NCBI GenBank assembly: GCA_041665025.1
Contig: JBAYJP010000003.1
Coordinates: 129,236 to 193,235 of the forward strand
Direction: 5' to 3'
DNA length: 64,000 nt
Origin: Candidatus Magasanikiibacteriota bacterium
Lineage (GTDB): Bacteria > Patescibacteriota > Patescibacteriia > Magasanikbacterales > UBA922
The position numbers were made by a program, and so were the translations under genes. The notes below the pieces were generated by a model, which was given only the letters and a program-made list of their open reading frames with translations, was not told the origin of the DNA and did not search any database. This document shows positions 44,476 to 56,122 of the stretch, piece after piece (within the stretch, counting starts at the first letter, position 1; each line of letters begins with the position of its first letter).

Positions 44476-47055
44476 TTACAAACTATTCAATACTGCTCGT
44501 GTTTTTGGACCTACGTACCCGGTTACCGGAGTAATGCCTTTTGCTTTTTGGAAGCTCTTTACCGCCTCACGAGTGATAGCTGCAAATTTACCCGTAATAG
44601 TTGGATAGGTAAAGTATCCTAATTCCTTCAATACTTTCTGTAATTCTTTTACATCATTGTTCGTTACACCTGCTCCAAAATTCTTCAGGAATTGATAGTG
44701 AGAAGTAACTACTTGAGGAACAGAAGACTCAGCACTCGGAGTTTTGGAAGTCATTACTCCCAAAGCATCATCAGTAAGTCCATCTAATGCAGCTTTCTCT
44801 GTGATCACAACATCACCCCATGTACTAAAATACGTAAAATATGTTTGTGGACTAGTAAATACGCGCTTGGTACAATTCTCAGTAATATAATAGACACCAG
44901 ATGCCCCACTATGCTTATAGGGCTTGCCACTTTGTAGGGCACAAGAGGTGGCACTCGGAGTTTGATTGTTGGTTGGAGTTGGAGTTGGTGTAGTTGTGTC
45001 GCTAGATACAGCAAGATTGATTGTATCTGAAACTACTTTAGTAATTCCTTGAGATGTTTTGAATTTTGCGTATACGGTCTTCAGTCCATTGCCTTCGGAT
45101 AAGTCAAATGTCATGGTTGTCGCATATGATTTGTATTGTGGAGTAGTGAAGTCATTCTTTTCTGATAGAGCAACCTGACTGACGTTTGCGGAATTGAAAT
45201 ACAAGGCAACGGTACGATTGGTAGTGGTTGACATTCCTTGATTTATCGAAAACTCCAGATCACTCACTGCGAGTATGGTCAAACTCACGCTGTTATTTTG
45301 GATTTTATCCACACGAACAAACAAATCGCTCTTGCCATCTTTATTGGTGTCAACCAATTGTTCCTCACCTTGTTTGAGGGTAACTGTGACAGGATCTGAT
45401 TTTATAGTAATCACTACTTCACCTTGTTCATTTGGTGTATTGACACTCACTGTGTGTGACGCATTTCCCACCAAGACAACCACTGGTATATTGGGAGTTA
45501 ATGTCTTCTGGGCAGTAGTTGGTGCAGCAGTTACCGGAGCTGTTGGCGTCGGAGATCCAGTACCACTACCACTTGTTCCCGGTGTACTACCCCAAAATTC
45601 AATACTGCTTGCACTCGTGTCAGATCCATCTTTTGAATCAGTAAATGCAAGACTCAAACTTCCATTACCATTAATTTGAAAATTTCCATCATTATTGCTT
45701 TTTGCACTCGCGAGCACAAAAGGCAATGCTGAGCTAATAAATATTCCTGTATCATTACCAGTCTCTGTAAGAGTTATAGTTTCAGAATCGCCAAACCCTG
45801 TTGCGGTTACTACAGTTCCGGTAATGGTATTTAATGCAGAGGCGTTCAGATTGCCATCGTCATCTCGTACGGTGATATAGACTGAACCTCCATTAGAGCT
45901 ATAACTACCTACTTGCACAGCCGTGCTATTCGTAAATAAAGCAGAAGTAAGGGGATGATTAATAGCACCTGTTTCAGTAATGGTTCCGTCATTATTGAAA
46001 GTTCCTGGAGCATACAATAGTTGACCGCTTCCAACTGTAAATGTTCCTGCATTGACAAATGAATTTGTTGATGTAGTAGTTGCACCAAGTGTATTTGTAC
46101 CCGCTCCCAAATACAAATTCCAATAAGTCTGACCAGCAGCAACAACACTTCCACCAGCTAAGTAACGCACTGTGGAACTACCTGCAGTAAATGTTCCGTC
46201 GGATACTAATGGTGTACCAGACCTCGTGAATACAATAGCCATGGTTGAAGCATTCAATGACCTGCTTGCAGGAATAGTCAACACATTGGTTGAAGTTACA
46301 TTACCAACCAATGTACCTGCTGTACTTATACTTAGATTATAGTAAGTGGATGTAGGAACATTTGCACTTGTACCTGCGAAGTTAATCGTAGAAGTACTTG
46401 CCGTAAACGTACCATTTACTACAAATGGACTCCCGGTCGCTTTCGTCAAATCAATCCTATAGGTTGATGCGTCCAAACTCTTAGTTGAATTGATCGTCAA
46501 TTGATTAGTTGTTGTAACATTACCAGTTAATGTAACTGCTCCCCCCACAAGAAAATTATATAGGGTAATACTACCTGCACCACCAAAATTTGCGGTACCA
46601 GTCATTCCCACTGTTTCCACATTTCCTGTAAAGGTTGCCCCTGAACCCACATGAAAGGCTCCACCAATATCTAAATAGGCGCTACTACTCACTATACCTG
46701 CACCAAGTAATGTAAAGCTGCCCGTACTAGATACAATAGGCGCTGTGATAGAAATTGTGGCTGTATAATCAGCAGTGGTAGTGACTGAAGCAACAGAAGA
46801 AACACCTGCATCCCACGTAGCATATGTATTTGTCGTACTGTCAAAGATAAGAGCATCTCCAGCTGACAAAGTACAGCCCGTCCAATTGGTTGCCTCACTC
46901 ACAAGATGATTAGTGGTAGCATCCCACACACAATCTTCGGCATTTGCTTGGACAACACCTAAACCAAATACGCCAACTAGAATGAATAAAAAAAATGCTA
47001 CCAAGAATGTTCCTCTTTGTAGCAAACTAGTCATTTTGGACAAAGACTGATTCAT
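44476..47055 (-). CDS. Secreted Thr/Ser/Gly-rich surface protein with a C-terminal peptidoglycan-binding domain
   Basis: Signal peptide, beta-rich repeats, PT linkers, DVKELQKVLKELGY...T.EAVKSFQ...TGYVGPKTRAVLN. Confidence 0.85.
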   Translation of the reverse strand: MNQSLSKMTSLLQRGTFLVAFFLFILVGVFGLGVVQANAEDCVWDATTNHLVSEATNWTGCTLSAGDALIFDSTTNTYATWDAGVSSVASVTTTADYTATISITAPIVSSTGSFTLLGAGIVSSSAYLDIGGAFHVGSGATFTGNVETVGMTGTANFGGAGSITLYNFLVGGAVTLTGNVTTTNQLTINSTKSLDASTYRIDLTKATGSPFVVNGTFTASTSTINFAGTSANVPTSTYYNLSISTAGTLVGNVTSTNVLTIPASRSLNASTMAIVFTRSGTPLVSDGTFTAGSSTVRYLAGGSVVAAGQTYWNLYLGAGTNTLGATTTSTNSFVNAGTFTVGSGQLLYAPGTFNNDGTITETGAINHPLTSALFTNSTAVQVGSYSSNGGSVYITVRDDDGNLNASALNTITGTVVTATGFGDSETITLTETGNDTGIFISSALPFVLASAKSNNDGNFQINGNGSLSLAFTDSKDGSDTSASSIEFWGSTPGTSGSGTGSPTPTAPVTAAPTTAQKTLTPNIPVVVLVGNASHTVSVNTPNEQGEVVITIKSDPVTVTLKQGEEQLVDTNKDGKSDLFVRVDKIQNNSVSLTILAVSDLEFSINQGMSTTTNRTVALYFNSANVSQVALSEKNDFTTPQYKSYATTMTFDLSEGNGLKTVYAKFKTSQGITKVVSDTINLAVSSDTTTPTPTPTNNQTPSATSCALQSGKPYKHSGASGVYYITENCTKRVFTSPQTYFTYFSTWGDVVITEKAALDGLTDDALGVMTSKTPSAESSVPQVVTSHYQFLKNFGAGVTNNDVKELQKVLKELGYFTYPTITGKFAAITREAVKSFQKAKGITPVTGYVGPKTRAVLNSL

Positions 47056-47176
47056 ATTGAAACAGTATTAGATAAATTAAAATAGTACTTAATATGTATT
47101 TTGTAGACTTCGCTAGTATAACATAAAATTGTACAAAAGTTAACTTAGGAAATGAGTCTGTGGATAACTGTTTTTA

Positions 47177-48238
47177 CTAGACCTCTTGGCTCAACCATTC
47201 TACTACTCTCTCAGACGCACCTCCCGGTCTTGTCACTAGCTCTGTCTGTATTTTTTTGTAGTTAATCTTTTTACTAAAAAAATTCATAAATTTTGGCAAT
47301 TTTTTAAAAATTCCAAAAAAATTATAGCCCTTCAGGGGTATATCCAAACAAAAATCTGAGTTCCATAACGCCTTTAGGGGTTTAAAAAGACCATCTTTTT
47401 CTTCCCTGTCTCTATATGATTTTATAGAAAAATTAACCATAGACCTACTACACATCAAAACCTCTTCGACAGCAGTAGTGTCAAAACCTATCACGCCGTC
47501 GCTTGCATACACCAATTCATATGAGATAAAAGGGTAAAAAGATATATCATTCAAAAAATATTTATTAGCTAAAAAGTGATACACGAATTTAGCACATTTT
47601 GGATACTTACCCTTGATAACTACCTCGTATCCGCTTCGCTTGACTTCCTGGGCTACCCTATACACCATGTACCAATTCAATTGGTTATTATTTGGTGCAA
47701 AAATCAAAATAAATTTTTTTGGTAAGTCATATTTTCTTTGTATTTCTTCTTTTGAGAAATTAACAATTCCATCAAATCTTGGCAGTCCAAGAGCTAAATA
47801 ATCTTTTTTATCCCACCCAAAATATTCACCATATTTTTCATAGCCCACAAAAGTCTTGTCGAGTATCCCGAGCTCTACCCCCTTTGTATGCCAGTTATTT
47901 ACATTATGCACAAAGTTGTAAATTTTGTATGTCCTGTTTTTAAAAAATTCAGGTGCATGTAATAAGGGTTGCAATTCCACAGTCAGAATCGCACTGACAT
48001 CATTATCTTCTATCTGTTTTGCCAATTCTTTATTATCCTTATACCAAAGCAGTCTATCGTATGGAAACTTTTTGATATGCTGCGGATGCAAGCATGGGTT
48101 GATATCTGGTTTGATAGATGGGTCTGCATTGACAAAAAAATAAACTAAAAAATTATTTTTCTTCAATTCATTAATTAGAGACCCAAAAGAAGTTAGAACC
48201 TGATTAGTATGAATAAGCATCCCAATTCTTTTTTTCAT
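47177..48238 (-). CDS. GT-B fold transferase (CDP-glycerol glycerophosphotransferase/sialyltransferase-like)
   Basis: LGLPRFD, ILIFAP and ASDGVIGFDTTAVEE; locus context. Confidence 0.5.
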   Translation of the reverse strand: MKKRIGMLIHTNQVLTSFGSLINELKKNNFLVYFFVNADPSIKPDINPCLHPQHIKKFPYDRLLWYKDNKELAKQIEDNDVSAILTVELQPLLHAPEFFKNRTYKIYNFVHNVNNWHTKGVELGILDKTFVGYEKYGEYFGWDKKDYLALGLPRFDGIVNFSKEEIQRKYDLPKKFILIFAPNNNQLNWYMVYRVAQEVKRSGYEVVIKGKYPKCAKFVYHFLANKYFLNDISFYPFISYELVYASDGVIGFDTTAVEEVLMCSRSMVNFSIKSYRDREEKDGLFKPLKALWNSDFCLDIPLKGYNFFGIFKKLPKFMNFFSKKINYKKIQTELVTRPGGASERVVEWLSQEV

Positions 48239-48263
48239 AATAAGAATCCTAAAAAATAGTTAT

Positions 48264-49205
48264 TTATATCTGTCTAAAATACTCAATAGTCTTTGACAAT
48301 CCATCTTCCAATGCTACTTGGGGTTCCCACTTAAATTCTTTCTTAGCCAACGATATGTCTGGCTTTCGTCTTTTGGGGTCATCTAATGGCAGATTTTCAT
48401 ACACAATATTCGAACGAGAACTCGTAAATGTTAAGATCTTTTCTGCTAATTCAAACATTGAAAATTCAAATGGATTGCCGATGTTTACTGGACCAGTGAA
48501 ATCTATGCTACTCTCCTCCATAAGCCCCACAAGCCCTCTGACGAGATCATCCACATAACAAAAACTGCGCGTTTGACTCCCCTTACCATATATAGTCAAT
48601 GGTTCGCCGTGCAGTGCTTGGACAATAAAATTGCTCACTACTCTGCCGTCATCGGGACGCATACGAGGCCCATAGGTATTAAATATACGCGCAACTTTTA
48701 TTTTTAAATTATGCTGGCGGTGATAATCAAAAAATAATGCTTCGGCACACCTTTTGCCTTCGTCATAGCATGCGCGAATGCCAATAGGATTTACATTTCC
48801 TCTATAATCTTCAACCTGTGGATGTATTTCTGGATCCCCATACACTTCAGACGTTGAAGCTTGCAATACTTTTGCCTTATGTTTTCGGGCAAGTCCGAGT
48901 ACGTTGATAACTCCGATTGTATTTGCTTTTATCGTTCGAATTGGATTGACTTGATAGTGAATAGGCGAGGCAGGGCAAGCAAAATTATAAATCTCATCTA
49001 TTTTTTCATCAATAAAAAAAGGGGTAATAATATCGTGCTCCAAAAAACTAAATCTACTGTTGCCTATTAAATTTTTTATATTGTCCATTGAACCAGTGAA
49101 CAAATTATCAACGCATATAACATGATTCTCATCATTCAACAATTTCTCGCACAGATGTGATCCAATAAATCCAGCCCCACCGGTAACTAAGATATTTTTA
49201 TTCAT
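48264..49205 (-). CDS. uxs: UDP-glucuronic acid decarboxylase (UDP-xylose synthase)
   Basis: [33 protein letters not shown] and DGRVVSNF motifs. Confidence 0.92.
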   Translation of the reverse strand: MNKNILVTGGAGFIGSHLCEKLLNDENHVICVDNLFTGSMDNIKNLIGNSRFSFLEHDIITPFFIDEKIDEIYNFACPASPIHYQVNPIRTIKANTIGVINVLGLARKHKAKVLQASTSEVYGDPEIHPQVEDYRGNVNPIGIRACYDEGKRCAEALFFDYHRQHNLKIKVARIFNTYGPRMRPDDGRVVSNFIVQALHGEPLTIYGKGSQTRSFCYVDDLVRGLVGLMEESSIDFTGPVNIGNPFEFSMFELAEKILTFTSSRSNIVYENLPLDDPKRRKPDISLAKKEFKWEPQVALEDGLSKTIEYFRQI

Positions 49206-49215
49206 AATAAAAAAA

Positions 49216-50520
49216 CTAAAAAATAATCGTATTGATAGTCACTGGCTGAACACCCCAATCATCCGTATCTGTCCATACCAATTCTTTCGACTTCAAAAAC
49301 TCCCAATCCTGTAGCCCACTCAATGAAGCTTTTTCTAAATATTTGGTTCTCTGTTCCTGTCCGTGTAAAATGCTATATTGCCGAGCCTCTGCCGCTGTCA
49401 CTGAGTTTATCTCTACACCTCCAACGTTATGTAATCGATGGATAAATTCATCATCGTCTCCGCCATACCCCTGTATATCTTCATTGTGTCCCTTAACGTT
49501 GACATACAAATTCTTTGGAACGAACATGTTGCCATAATTCACTTCCGTACTGACTCTTCTGTCTATTGCGGCTCTCGTGACAACAAAGTTTGTCTTTATA
49601 TCCTTAATTTTGCTGATCCAATAGTTTAAATAGTCTTCGCGCAACAGTGTGTCTACATCAGAAAAGGCAATGATTTCAGATTCTACTCTCATATGCCTCA
49701 CTCCTAAATTTTTTGCTTTGCATGAGTTAAATTTTTTATTCTCTTTTAGACGCACTATCGTTATCTGCTTGAGCCATGGACTAAAATCTTTTTTTCCATT
49801 ATGTATAAAATCTTCAAGTTGTTCAGAAAAGTCATCTTCTGAATAATAATCAACCAGCAACAGTTCATAATCAACTCCCTGCTGCGATATAAGTGTCGGC
49901 ATACTCTTATTCCAATGCTCAACACGATTTTTTATCGTTACAATGAGAGAAACTTTATACGGTGATTTTACATTACACAACGGGATATCCTTATGCACAA
50001 AAACTGGCTCTTTATTTTCTAACGTAATTGCATTATATACATCATCCAGGTCCTGCCTATATATAAAATCAAAAGGAAATCCTTCTACTAATTTTCCCCG
50101 TAAAAAACATTTCCCTGATATTATTGGACGATCTAAAAACACTTTTGATTGCGTCTCCATAGAATGTGGCAGTAACAAAATGTCGTCTTTTGCCAATTGA
50201 GATAAGTAATCTTTCAACAATTTTTCATATGCTGGAAGGATATAATCTCGAGAACTATGTATAATTACAAATTGACCACGCGCCTGTATTACTCCCTCTG
50301 AGATAAGATCTTGAGGTTTTTTCCTTTCTTTTTCTGTAACAATTTTTATGTGTCCAATATCAGACAGACCCGAATTATCAAATCCTAAAGCATTGTCCAA
50401 TATTATAACTTCAAAAGAAATTTCTTTTATATTTGTAGTAAGTGAATCCAAAAATTTATTCAAAAAAAGAATATCTCCATCAAAAATAACTAAAAAGCTG
50501 ATAACAACTTCTTTTTCCAT
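49216..50520 (-). CDS. Two-domain GT2 / galactosyltransferase-like protein
   Basis: AKNLG, FSDVD and [13 protein letters not shown] motifs. Confidence 0.78.
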   Translation of the reverse strand: MEKEVVISFLVIFDGDILFLNKFLDSLTTNIKEISFEVIILDNALGFDNSGLSDIGHIKIVTEKERKKPQDLISEGVIQARGQFVIIHSSRDYILPAYEKLLKDYLSQLAKDDILLLPHSMETQSKVFLDRPIISGKCFLRGKLVEGFPFDFIYRQDLDDVYNAITLENKEPVFVHKDIPLCNVKSPYKVSLIVTIKNRVEHWNKSMPTLISQQGVDYELLLVDYYSEDDFSEQLEDFIHNGKKDFSPWLKQITIVRLKENKKFNSCKAKNLGVRHMRVESEIIAFSDVDTLLREDYLNYWISKIKDIKTNFVVTRAAIDRRVSTEVNYGNMFVPKNLYVNVKGHNEDIQGYGGDDDEFIHRLHNVGGVEINSVTAAEARQYSILHGQEQRTKYLEKASLSGLQDWEFLKSKELVWTDTDDWGVQPVTINTIIF

Positions 50521-50542
50521 ATAATCTCTTCCTCCCCTGAAA

Positions 50543-51601
50543 TTAAACTAATTTAGAATATATCTTATCAATATATTGTTGACAAATTTTTTCTAAACTA
50601 TATTCCTTTACTGTTTCTAAACCATTATGTATCAGCTTGGATCTCAAGGACTCATCCAACAATACTCTTTTTGTTTTCTCGTATAATGTCCCAACATCTT
50701 CAATGGGAGATAGCATTCCATTTACGCCATCAGCGATAACATCAGGCGCCATCCCCACCCGTGTTGAAATCAAAGGGACTCCACATGACAGAGATTCTAA
50801 TATAGCTTTGGGACCTCCTTCAACTCTCGATGTTACCAAATACGCATCGAGACAATTATAGTACTCAACAATATCAAAATAATTTTTTAAATAATGATGA
50901 GTATAACTAATTCCTGCCTTTTTCAACCTTTGTGTTACATAGCCTCGAGCTGGCCCCGTCAATAAAATATGGATATCGAACTGTTTAGCAAGCTTTTCTA
51001 CCACATCACAAAATATATCCGGCCCTTTTACTAATTTTGGCTCGATTCCTTCTCCCCACCCATCTCCATCTTTTTGGAAGGAACCAATAATTATTTTATC
51101 TTGAGGGAGACCTATTTTTTCTTTGCTCATTATTTTTCTTTCTTGCGTAAATCTCTTAAAAATATGTACGTCTATACTTTCCGGGATGACAACGATCTTA
51201 TGTGGATCGCAGCCTAGTCGTATCAACTGCTCACGCGTGCCGGAGCATGCCGTATGAATAATATCCACAATGGCGTTTAACTCCTGCACAAACTTATTTC
51301 GAGGGTCATCCTTTACCACATGATACCATGTAAGCACGACTTTATTACTTTTAGAAGAATTAATAACCTTATTATGTTTGATTAAGGTGCCCATGCTGGC
51401 AAAATGAATGATCCGTTTTCTCAATAAATATGGAGTATACGTAAAATTTGAAGAATAGCTATGTGCTTCAAGCTCGTCAATCATTTCTTTGCTGATTTGT
51501 TGTATCACCCAATCTGCAGGTTCACTAATAAAAACAATAGAATCTCTACCGAGTATATTACAGCTAAAAAATCTTTTTATAATATCAAATTTACTTAACA
51601 T
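50543..51601 (-). CDS. Glycosyltransferase family 4
   Basis: SRVEGGPKAILESLSCGVP motif. Confidence 0.9.
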   Translation of the reverse strand: MLSKFDIIKRFFSCNILGRDSIVFISEPADWVIQQISKEMIDELEAHSYSSNFTYTPYLLRKRIIHFASMGTLIKHNKVINSSKSNKVVLTWYHVVKDDPRNKFVQELNAIVDIIHTACSGTREQLIRLGCDPHKIVVIPESIDVHIFKRFTQERKIMSKEKIGLPQDKIIIGSFQKDGDGWGEGIEPKLVKGPDIFCDVVEKLAKQFDIHILLTGPARGYVTQRLKKAGISYTHHYLKNYFDIVEYYNCLDAYLVTSRVEGGPKAILESLSCGVPLISTRVGMAPDVIADGVNGMLSPIEDVGTLYEKTKRVLLDESLRSKLIHNGLETVKEYSLEKICQQYIDKIYSKLV

Positions 51602-51608
51602 AAATTAA

Positions 51609-52595
51609 TTATTCTAAAACTCTAATGTCACTTTCTACCATAATTGCAACCAATTCTTTAAAACTCGTATGTGGCTTCCAGCCAAGTTTTTCTTTTGCTT
51701 TTGTATAATCCCCGATGAGATAGTCTACTTCTGTGGGCCTCAAAAATCGTTCATCAAATGCCACATATTTTTTCCAATCCAAATCAATATATTGAAACGC
51801 TTCTTGTAGAAAATCCTTAACAGAGTGAGTTTCTCCAGTTGCGATAACATAATCATCTGGCTCATCCTGCTGGAGCATGAGCCACATAGCCTCAACATAT
51901 TCTTTGGCATATCCCCAATCTCGTTGTGCATCCAAATTTCCCAAAACCAACTTGTCCCGTAACCCATTTTTTATTTCTGCAACTGCTTTGGTAATTTTAC
52001 GTGTGACAAAATTTTCTCCTCTTCGAGGTGATTCATGATTAAAAAGAATACCAGAGCACGCAAAAAGATTATAGCTTTCTCGATAATTTACTGTCTGGTA
52101 ATGTGCAAACACCTTTGAGCATGCATACGGACTCCTCGGATAGAACGGGGTTTTTTCATTTTGTGGAGATTCCAAAACTTTTCCATACATCTCGCTGCTT
52201 GATGCTTGATAAAATTTAGTTTTTAGTCCTATGTTCCTAATCGCTTCTAGCAGACGCAAAGCTCCAAGTGCGGTAACATCTGCCGTATATACGGGTATGT
52301 CAAAACTGATACGTACGTGGCTTTGTGCGGCGAGGTTATACACCTCATCTGGCTGAACTTCATATAATAACCTTGATATATTCGTACCATCAAGCAGATC
52401 TCCATAATGTAGAAAAAGATCTCTATCCTTATGCATTGGGTATAAATGTTCCAAACGAGTCCGCTCTACGGTGCTATTGCGCCTCACTATACCATGAACT
52501 TCATACCCTTTTTCAAGCAATAATTCAGCGAGATATGAACCATCTTGCCCTGTGATACCCGTAATTATAGCTTTTTTCATAGTATTAGTTGACAT
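51609..52595 (-). CDS. gmd: GDP-mannose 4,6-dehydratase
   Basis: [27 protein letters not shown] and [10 protein letters not shown] motifs; start may be 52580. Confidence 0.96.
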   Translation of the reverse strand: MSTNTMKKAIITGITGQDGSYLAELLLEKGYEVHGIVRRNSTVERTRLEHLYPMHKDRDLFLHYGDLLDGTNISRLLYEVQPDEVYNLAAQSHVRISFDIPVYTADVTALGALRLLEAIRNIGLKTKFYQASSSEMYGKVLESPQNEKTPFYPRSPYACSKVFAHYQTVNYRESYNLFACSGILFNHESPRRGENFVTRKITKAVAEIKNGLRDKLVLGNLDAQRDWGYAKEYVEAMWLMLQQDEPDDYVIATGETHSVKDFLQEAFQYIDLDWKKYVAFDERFLRPTEVDYLIGDYTKAKEKLGWKPHTSFKELVAIMVESDIRVLE

Positions 52596-53499
52596 TTTTT
52601 AAATGATAATTATATATGTCTTGAATCATACGACCATAACTAATCTCCATATTCCATAATATTTTTTGTTTTAAAAAATTATTATTGCCATATATAACAG
52701 ATGGATTTTTCTTGTGCGCTGTCCTCTCATTAATTTTAATATCTAACTCATCAAGTCCTGATAATAACTTAAATTTTTCTATGATTTTTTCTAAGGATAT
52801 TGGCTCTCCTCTACAGACATTACATATTATTGCAGATTCTTCCTGTTCCAGTAAGAGGCGATAAGCACGTACGACATCCCTTACATCAGATATATCCCTT
52901 TCAATATCTACAGCACCGAGCTCCAGAGCACCCCTCAACCCTTTTTTTATTTCCACAATCTGTTTAGCTATCAAGGGAACTACAAATTGATCACTTTGTC
53001 CAGGCCCAGTATGATTAAAACTTCGGGTAATAACAATTGGTAGTGTCGTATAATATTCAGATACCAGCTTCTCTTGCATTATGCGGGATTCAGCATAAAC
53101 ACCTGTACCCAAAAGAGGATGTGTCTCCTTAATTGGAAGCGTCTGTGGATCACCATATACATGCGAAGAACTTACGACAAGTACTCGTGGCAGATCATGT
53201 AGCGAACAGGCAACCTCCAATACATTTTTTGTACCATCAACATTGATATTAAATGTTAATTCTTTATTTTCTTCTGCGAAATTCGGTGAACTTATTCCTG
53301 CAAGGTGAAAAATATACTTAGGTTTAATTTCCAAGATTATTTTCTGTAATTTCAATGCATCTATTATATCGACGTCATAACAATTTCTATTGCTGGCCTT
53401 TTTATCTATCCCATATACTTCATAACCCGCCGACAGAAGTTCTGCTCGTAAGTATGGTCCTACAAATCCATTTATTCCCGTGATCAAAGCCACTTTCAT
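52585..53499 (-). CDS. GDP-4-keto-6-deoxymannose reductase (Rmd-like)
   Basis: [19 protein letters not shown] and [13 protein letters not shown]; adjacent to gmd; start MKVAL at 53499. Confidence 0.78.
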   Translation of the reverse strand: MKVALITGINGFVGPYLRAELLSAGYEVYGIDKKASNRNCYDVDIIDALKLQKIILEIKPKYIFHLAGISSPNFAEENKELTFNINVDGTKNVLEVACSLHDLPRVLVVSSSHVYGDPQTLPIKETHPLLGTGVYAESRIMQEKLVSEYYTTLPIVITRSFNHTGPGQSDQFVVPLIAKQIVEIKKGLRGALELGAVDIERDISDVRDVVRAYRLLLEQEESAIICNVCRGEPISLEKIIEKFKLLSGLDELDIKINERTAHKKNPSVIYGNNNFLKQKILWNMEISYGRMIQDIYNYHLKNVN

Positions 53500-54155
53500 A
53501 TAGATGTTTTTATCACTCCCCAAAACTCTCCAAATTGAATTGAATACTCCTGGATGTTCCACCCAGACTTTTCTAACTCATTTCTCAAAATAGGGAGAGT
53601 ATATTCAATATAATGTGTCTTATCAAGACGGTACTCCAGACCATGCTCCTTTTTATACAATACAATCCAATCTCGATCAAGCATAGGTACACGTAAAAGT
53701 ATAGTATCTGATACCGCATGTAATTTCTTCAAAAAATCAATTCTATTCTCTATGTGTTCTAAAACATTTGAAAAAACAATTTTATCAAACCGCTGCCCAA
53801 ACTGGCATGTAGTGACATCACTAGCAATAAACTCCAAATTACCGCGAACAAAATGTTTTTTTGCATATATAATATTTTTTTGATTTATATCAATGCCTAT
53901 CACCTTTTGAGTTTTTTCAGCGATATCAAAGGCGTTCTCGCCTGTTCCACATCCAATATCTATTACCTTATCCATAGGATCAATATAACGCTTAAAAAAA
54001 TCATGATAACCCAAAATTCGATGTTTAGGATGGGAACCATTGTTTTCTACTATTGCTAGTTTAGAAATTACTTTGTAAGAAAAATTATGCAAATAAACAA
54101 AGCAATACAATAATAGTCTATGCATAAAATGATATTTTAATATTGCATCAAACAT
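53496..54155 (-). CDS. Class I SAM-dependent methyltransferase
   Basis: VIDIGCGTG and SNVLEHI motifs. Confidence 0.87.
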   Translation of the reverse strand: MFDAILKYHFMHRLLLYCFVYLHNFSYKVISKLAIVENNGSHPKHRILGYHDFFKRYIDPMDKVIDIGCGTGENAFDIAEKTQKVIGIDINQKNIIYAKKHFVRGNLEFIASDVTTCQFGQRFDKIVFSNVLEHIENRIDFLKKLHAVSDTILLRVPMLDRDWIVLYKKEHGLEYRLDKTHYIEYTLPILRNELEKSGWNIQEYSIQFGEFWGVIKTSI

Positions 54156-54158
54156 ATA

Positions 54159-54992
54159 TTATTTTTCCTTAAGCTCAAATACAAGTAAAACACTATGTGA
54201 GCTTAAGGGGGAAATCAATTTACCGAGCATGTTCCGAAATATTTTGCACATGACATTTTTTGAACTATACAATAACTGCAAAGGAAATTTGAGCAGGGAG
54301 ACTTCGTCTTTCAACCCCTTTATCCCATCAAGGTATCGTGTCTCGCGCAGAATAAAATCTGATTCCTCAAACGCATTTATTACCTTTCGATGGTCGAGAC
54401 AAAACTGATAAAAATTGTTTAAGTCGACGCTTTCAGAAAATGAAGGATATATGCTGAGCCACGCCTTAAGGCGGCGTAATCGCGATAGATGAGGAAAAGT
54501 TATAAACAAAAAACTGCCACCTCTAAGCACCCGCTTTATTTCACTTATTATACTTTCATAGCCATCATAAAAATGTTCAATCACGCCTAAAGACCAATAC
54601 CCATCAAAAAAATTATCCGAATACGGCAACGAACGCACGTCTCCTTTTGTTACTCTTAGATTAGGAAAAGACGATTGTATTCTTTTTACTGTTTCATCTG
54701 CAAAATCAATTCCATATGTCTCAAAACCTAATTTATCAAGTGCATACACATACTGTCCACGCCCACAACCGCCTTCTAATATTTTTGATCCTCTCATCAG
54801 GTATTTTTTAGTGATGCTACACACATAGCTTCTGCGAGAAACAGAAATTACTGAATTATAAAATTCCTGATCAACCCAAGTTTTATCCCAAAACTCAGGA
54901 CTTGCTTTCTCCTCAATATATACCAAACGATTCATGCAATAATCGAAATACATCATATCCACATTACGACAAAAGACATGAATATAATACAA
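54159..54992 (-). CDS. Class I SAM-dependent methyltransferase
   Basis: ILEGGCGRG, GDVRSLP and SLGVIEHF motifs; true start probably slightly downstream. Confidence 0.85.
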   Translation of the reverse strand: MYYIHVFCRNVDMMYFDYCMNRLVYIEEKASPEFWDKTWVDQEFYNSVISVSRRSYVCSITKKYLMRGSKILEGGCGRGQYVYALDKLGFETYGIDFADETVKRIQSSFPNLRVTKGDVRSLPYSDNFFDGYWSLGVIEHFYDGYESIISEIKRVLRGGSFLFITFPHLSRLRRLKAWLSIYPSFSESVDLNNFYQFCLDHRKVINAFEESDFILRETRYLDGIKGLKDEVSLLKFPLQLLYSSKNVMCKIFRNMLGKLISPLSSHSVLLVFELKEK

Positions 54993-56100
54993 GCTCTTTT
55001 TTGGAAATTTTTTTCAATGTATAGTGTTCCACTGCTCTTTCACGTGCTGTTTTTCCCAATTGCAAACACATCTGTGGATTTTTTAATAATGTCTCAATTC
55101 CACACCGAATTTCTTTACTCCCAATGCCCGTCAAAAAGCCGGTTACGCCATGTTCAATAAGAGTATTAATTCCTCGCACATTGGTAGCTACGACTGGCAA
55201 GCCTGAAGCCATTGCTTCCAAAATCACCTTTGGGTTACCTTCGTACAAACTCGGCAAGACAAAGACATCCGCCTGCTTCATATAGTTGGCTACTTCGGCA
55301 TATGAAGCTTTACCTTTGAAGACAACTGGCGCTTGAGAATTCTTCGCCTGTCCTTCCAACGAAGCGCGTTCCTCACCATCTCCAACAATCAGCAATTGAA
55401 CATTCGGTAAATTACATACAGCTTCAATCAAATTTCCTAAATTTTTTTCTTTTGACAATCTACCCACATACAACAGTGTCCTCACCGAGCCATCTCCTCC
55501 CCCTATCTTGGGAGAGAATAATTCAGTGTCAACAAAATTAGGTATAACAGTAACATGTGTAGCAAAAAATTGATAATATTCTGCGTCTTCTCGTGTCGTA
55601 GCAATTGCGTAGTCAGCATTCATCAGGGCTAGTCGTTCGATCATCCGTGCTATTGTCTTTCGAAAAATATCAAGGTGACGTGCATTGGTGCTCAATCTAA
55701 ATCCCGCGCGTACCACTAAAGGCTTATGAAAAAACCATTTGGCAATAACCGCACTCCAGCTTCCATACATTTGATTTGTCTTATATATAGTAGCAGACGA
55801 CAATAATTTCCTATGTACGAATGGCATAAACAAAGAATACAAGAAATTGGGAAGCCAAGACGAATTAGGAACAACGATTAAATCCTTGTCTATCTCTTTA
55901 TGATTGGACAATGTATCATAAGTAAAAAAATAAATTTTTTTAAAAAATGGTATCAACCGAGTATACAACGCGAGTTCTCGATCTATGATGCCTTGTCTCT
56001 GCCATGTTTCAATTCCTACACCATAGCTAAAAAATACTGCTAAAACTAAATCATTTTTTTTATTGTTGTTCTCTACACCCATACCATTAAAAATGCTCAA
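54964..56100 (-). CDS. Glycosyltransferase family 4
   Basis: VGRLSKEK and EGNPKVILEAMASGLP motifs. Confidence 0.92.
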   Translation of the reverse strand: MSIFNGMGVENNNKKNDLVLAVFFSYGVGIETWQRQGIIDRELALYTRLIPFFKKIYFFTYDTLSNHKEIDKDLIVVPNSSWLPNFLYSLFMPFVHRKLLSSATIYKTNQMYGSWSAVIAKWFFHKPLVVRAGFRLSTNARHLDIFRKTIARMIERLALMNADYAIATTREDAEYYQFFATHVTVIPNFVDTELFSPKIGGGDGSVRTLLYVGRLSKEKNLGNLIEAVCNLPNVQLLIVGDGEERASLEGQAKNSQAPVVFKGKASYAEVANYMKQADVFVLPSLYEGNPKVILEAMASGLPVVATNVRGINTLIEHGVTGFLTGIGSKEIRCGIETLLKNPQMCLQLGKTARERAVEHYTLKKISKKELVLYSCLLS

Positions 56101-56122
56101 TAAAGTCGAAACACGTATGTTC

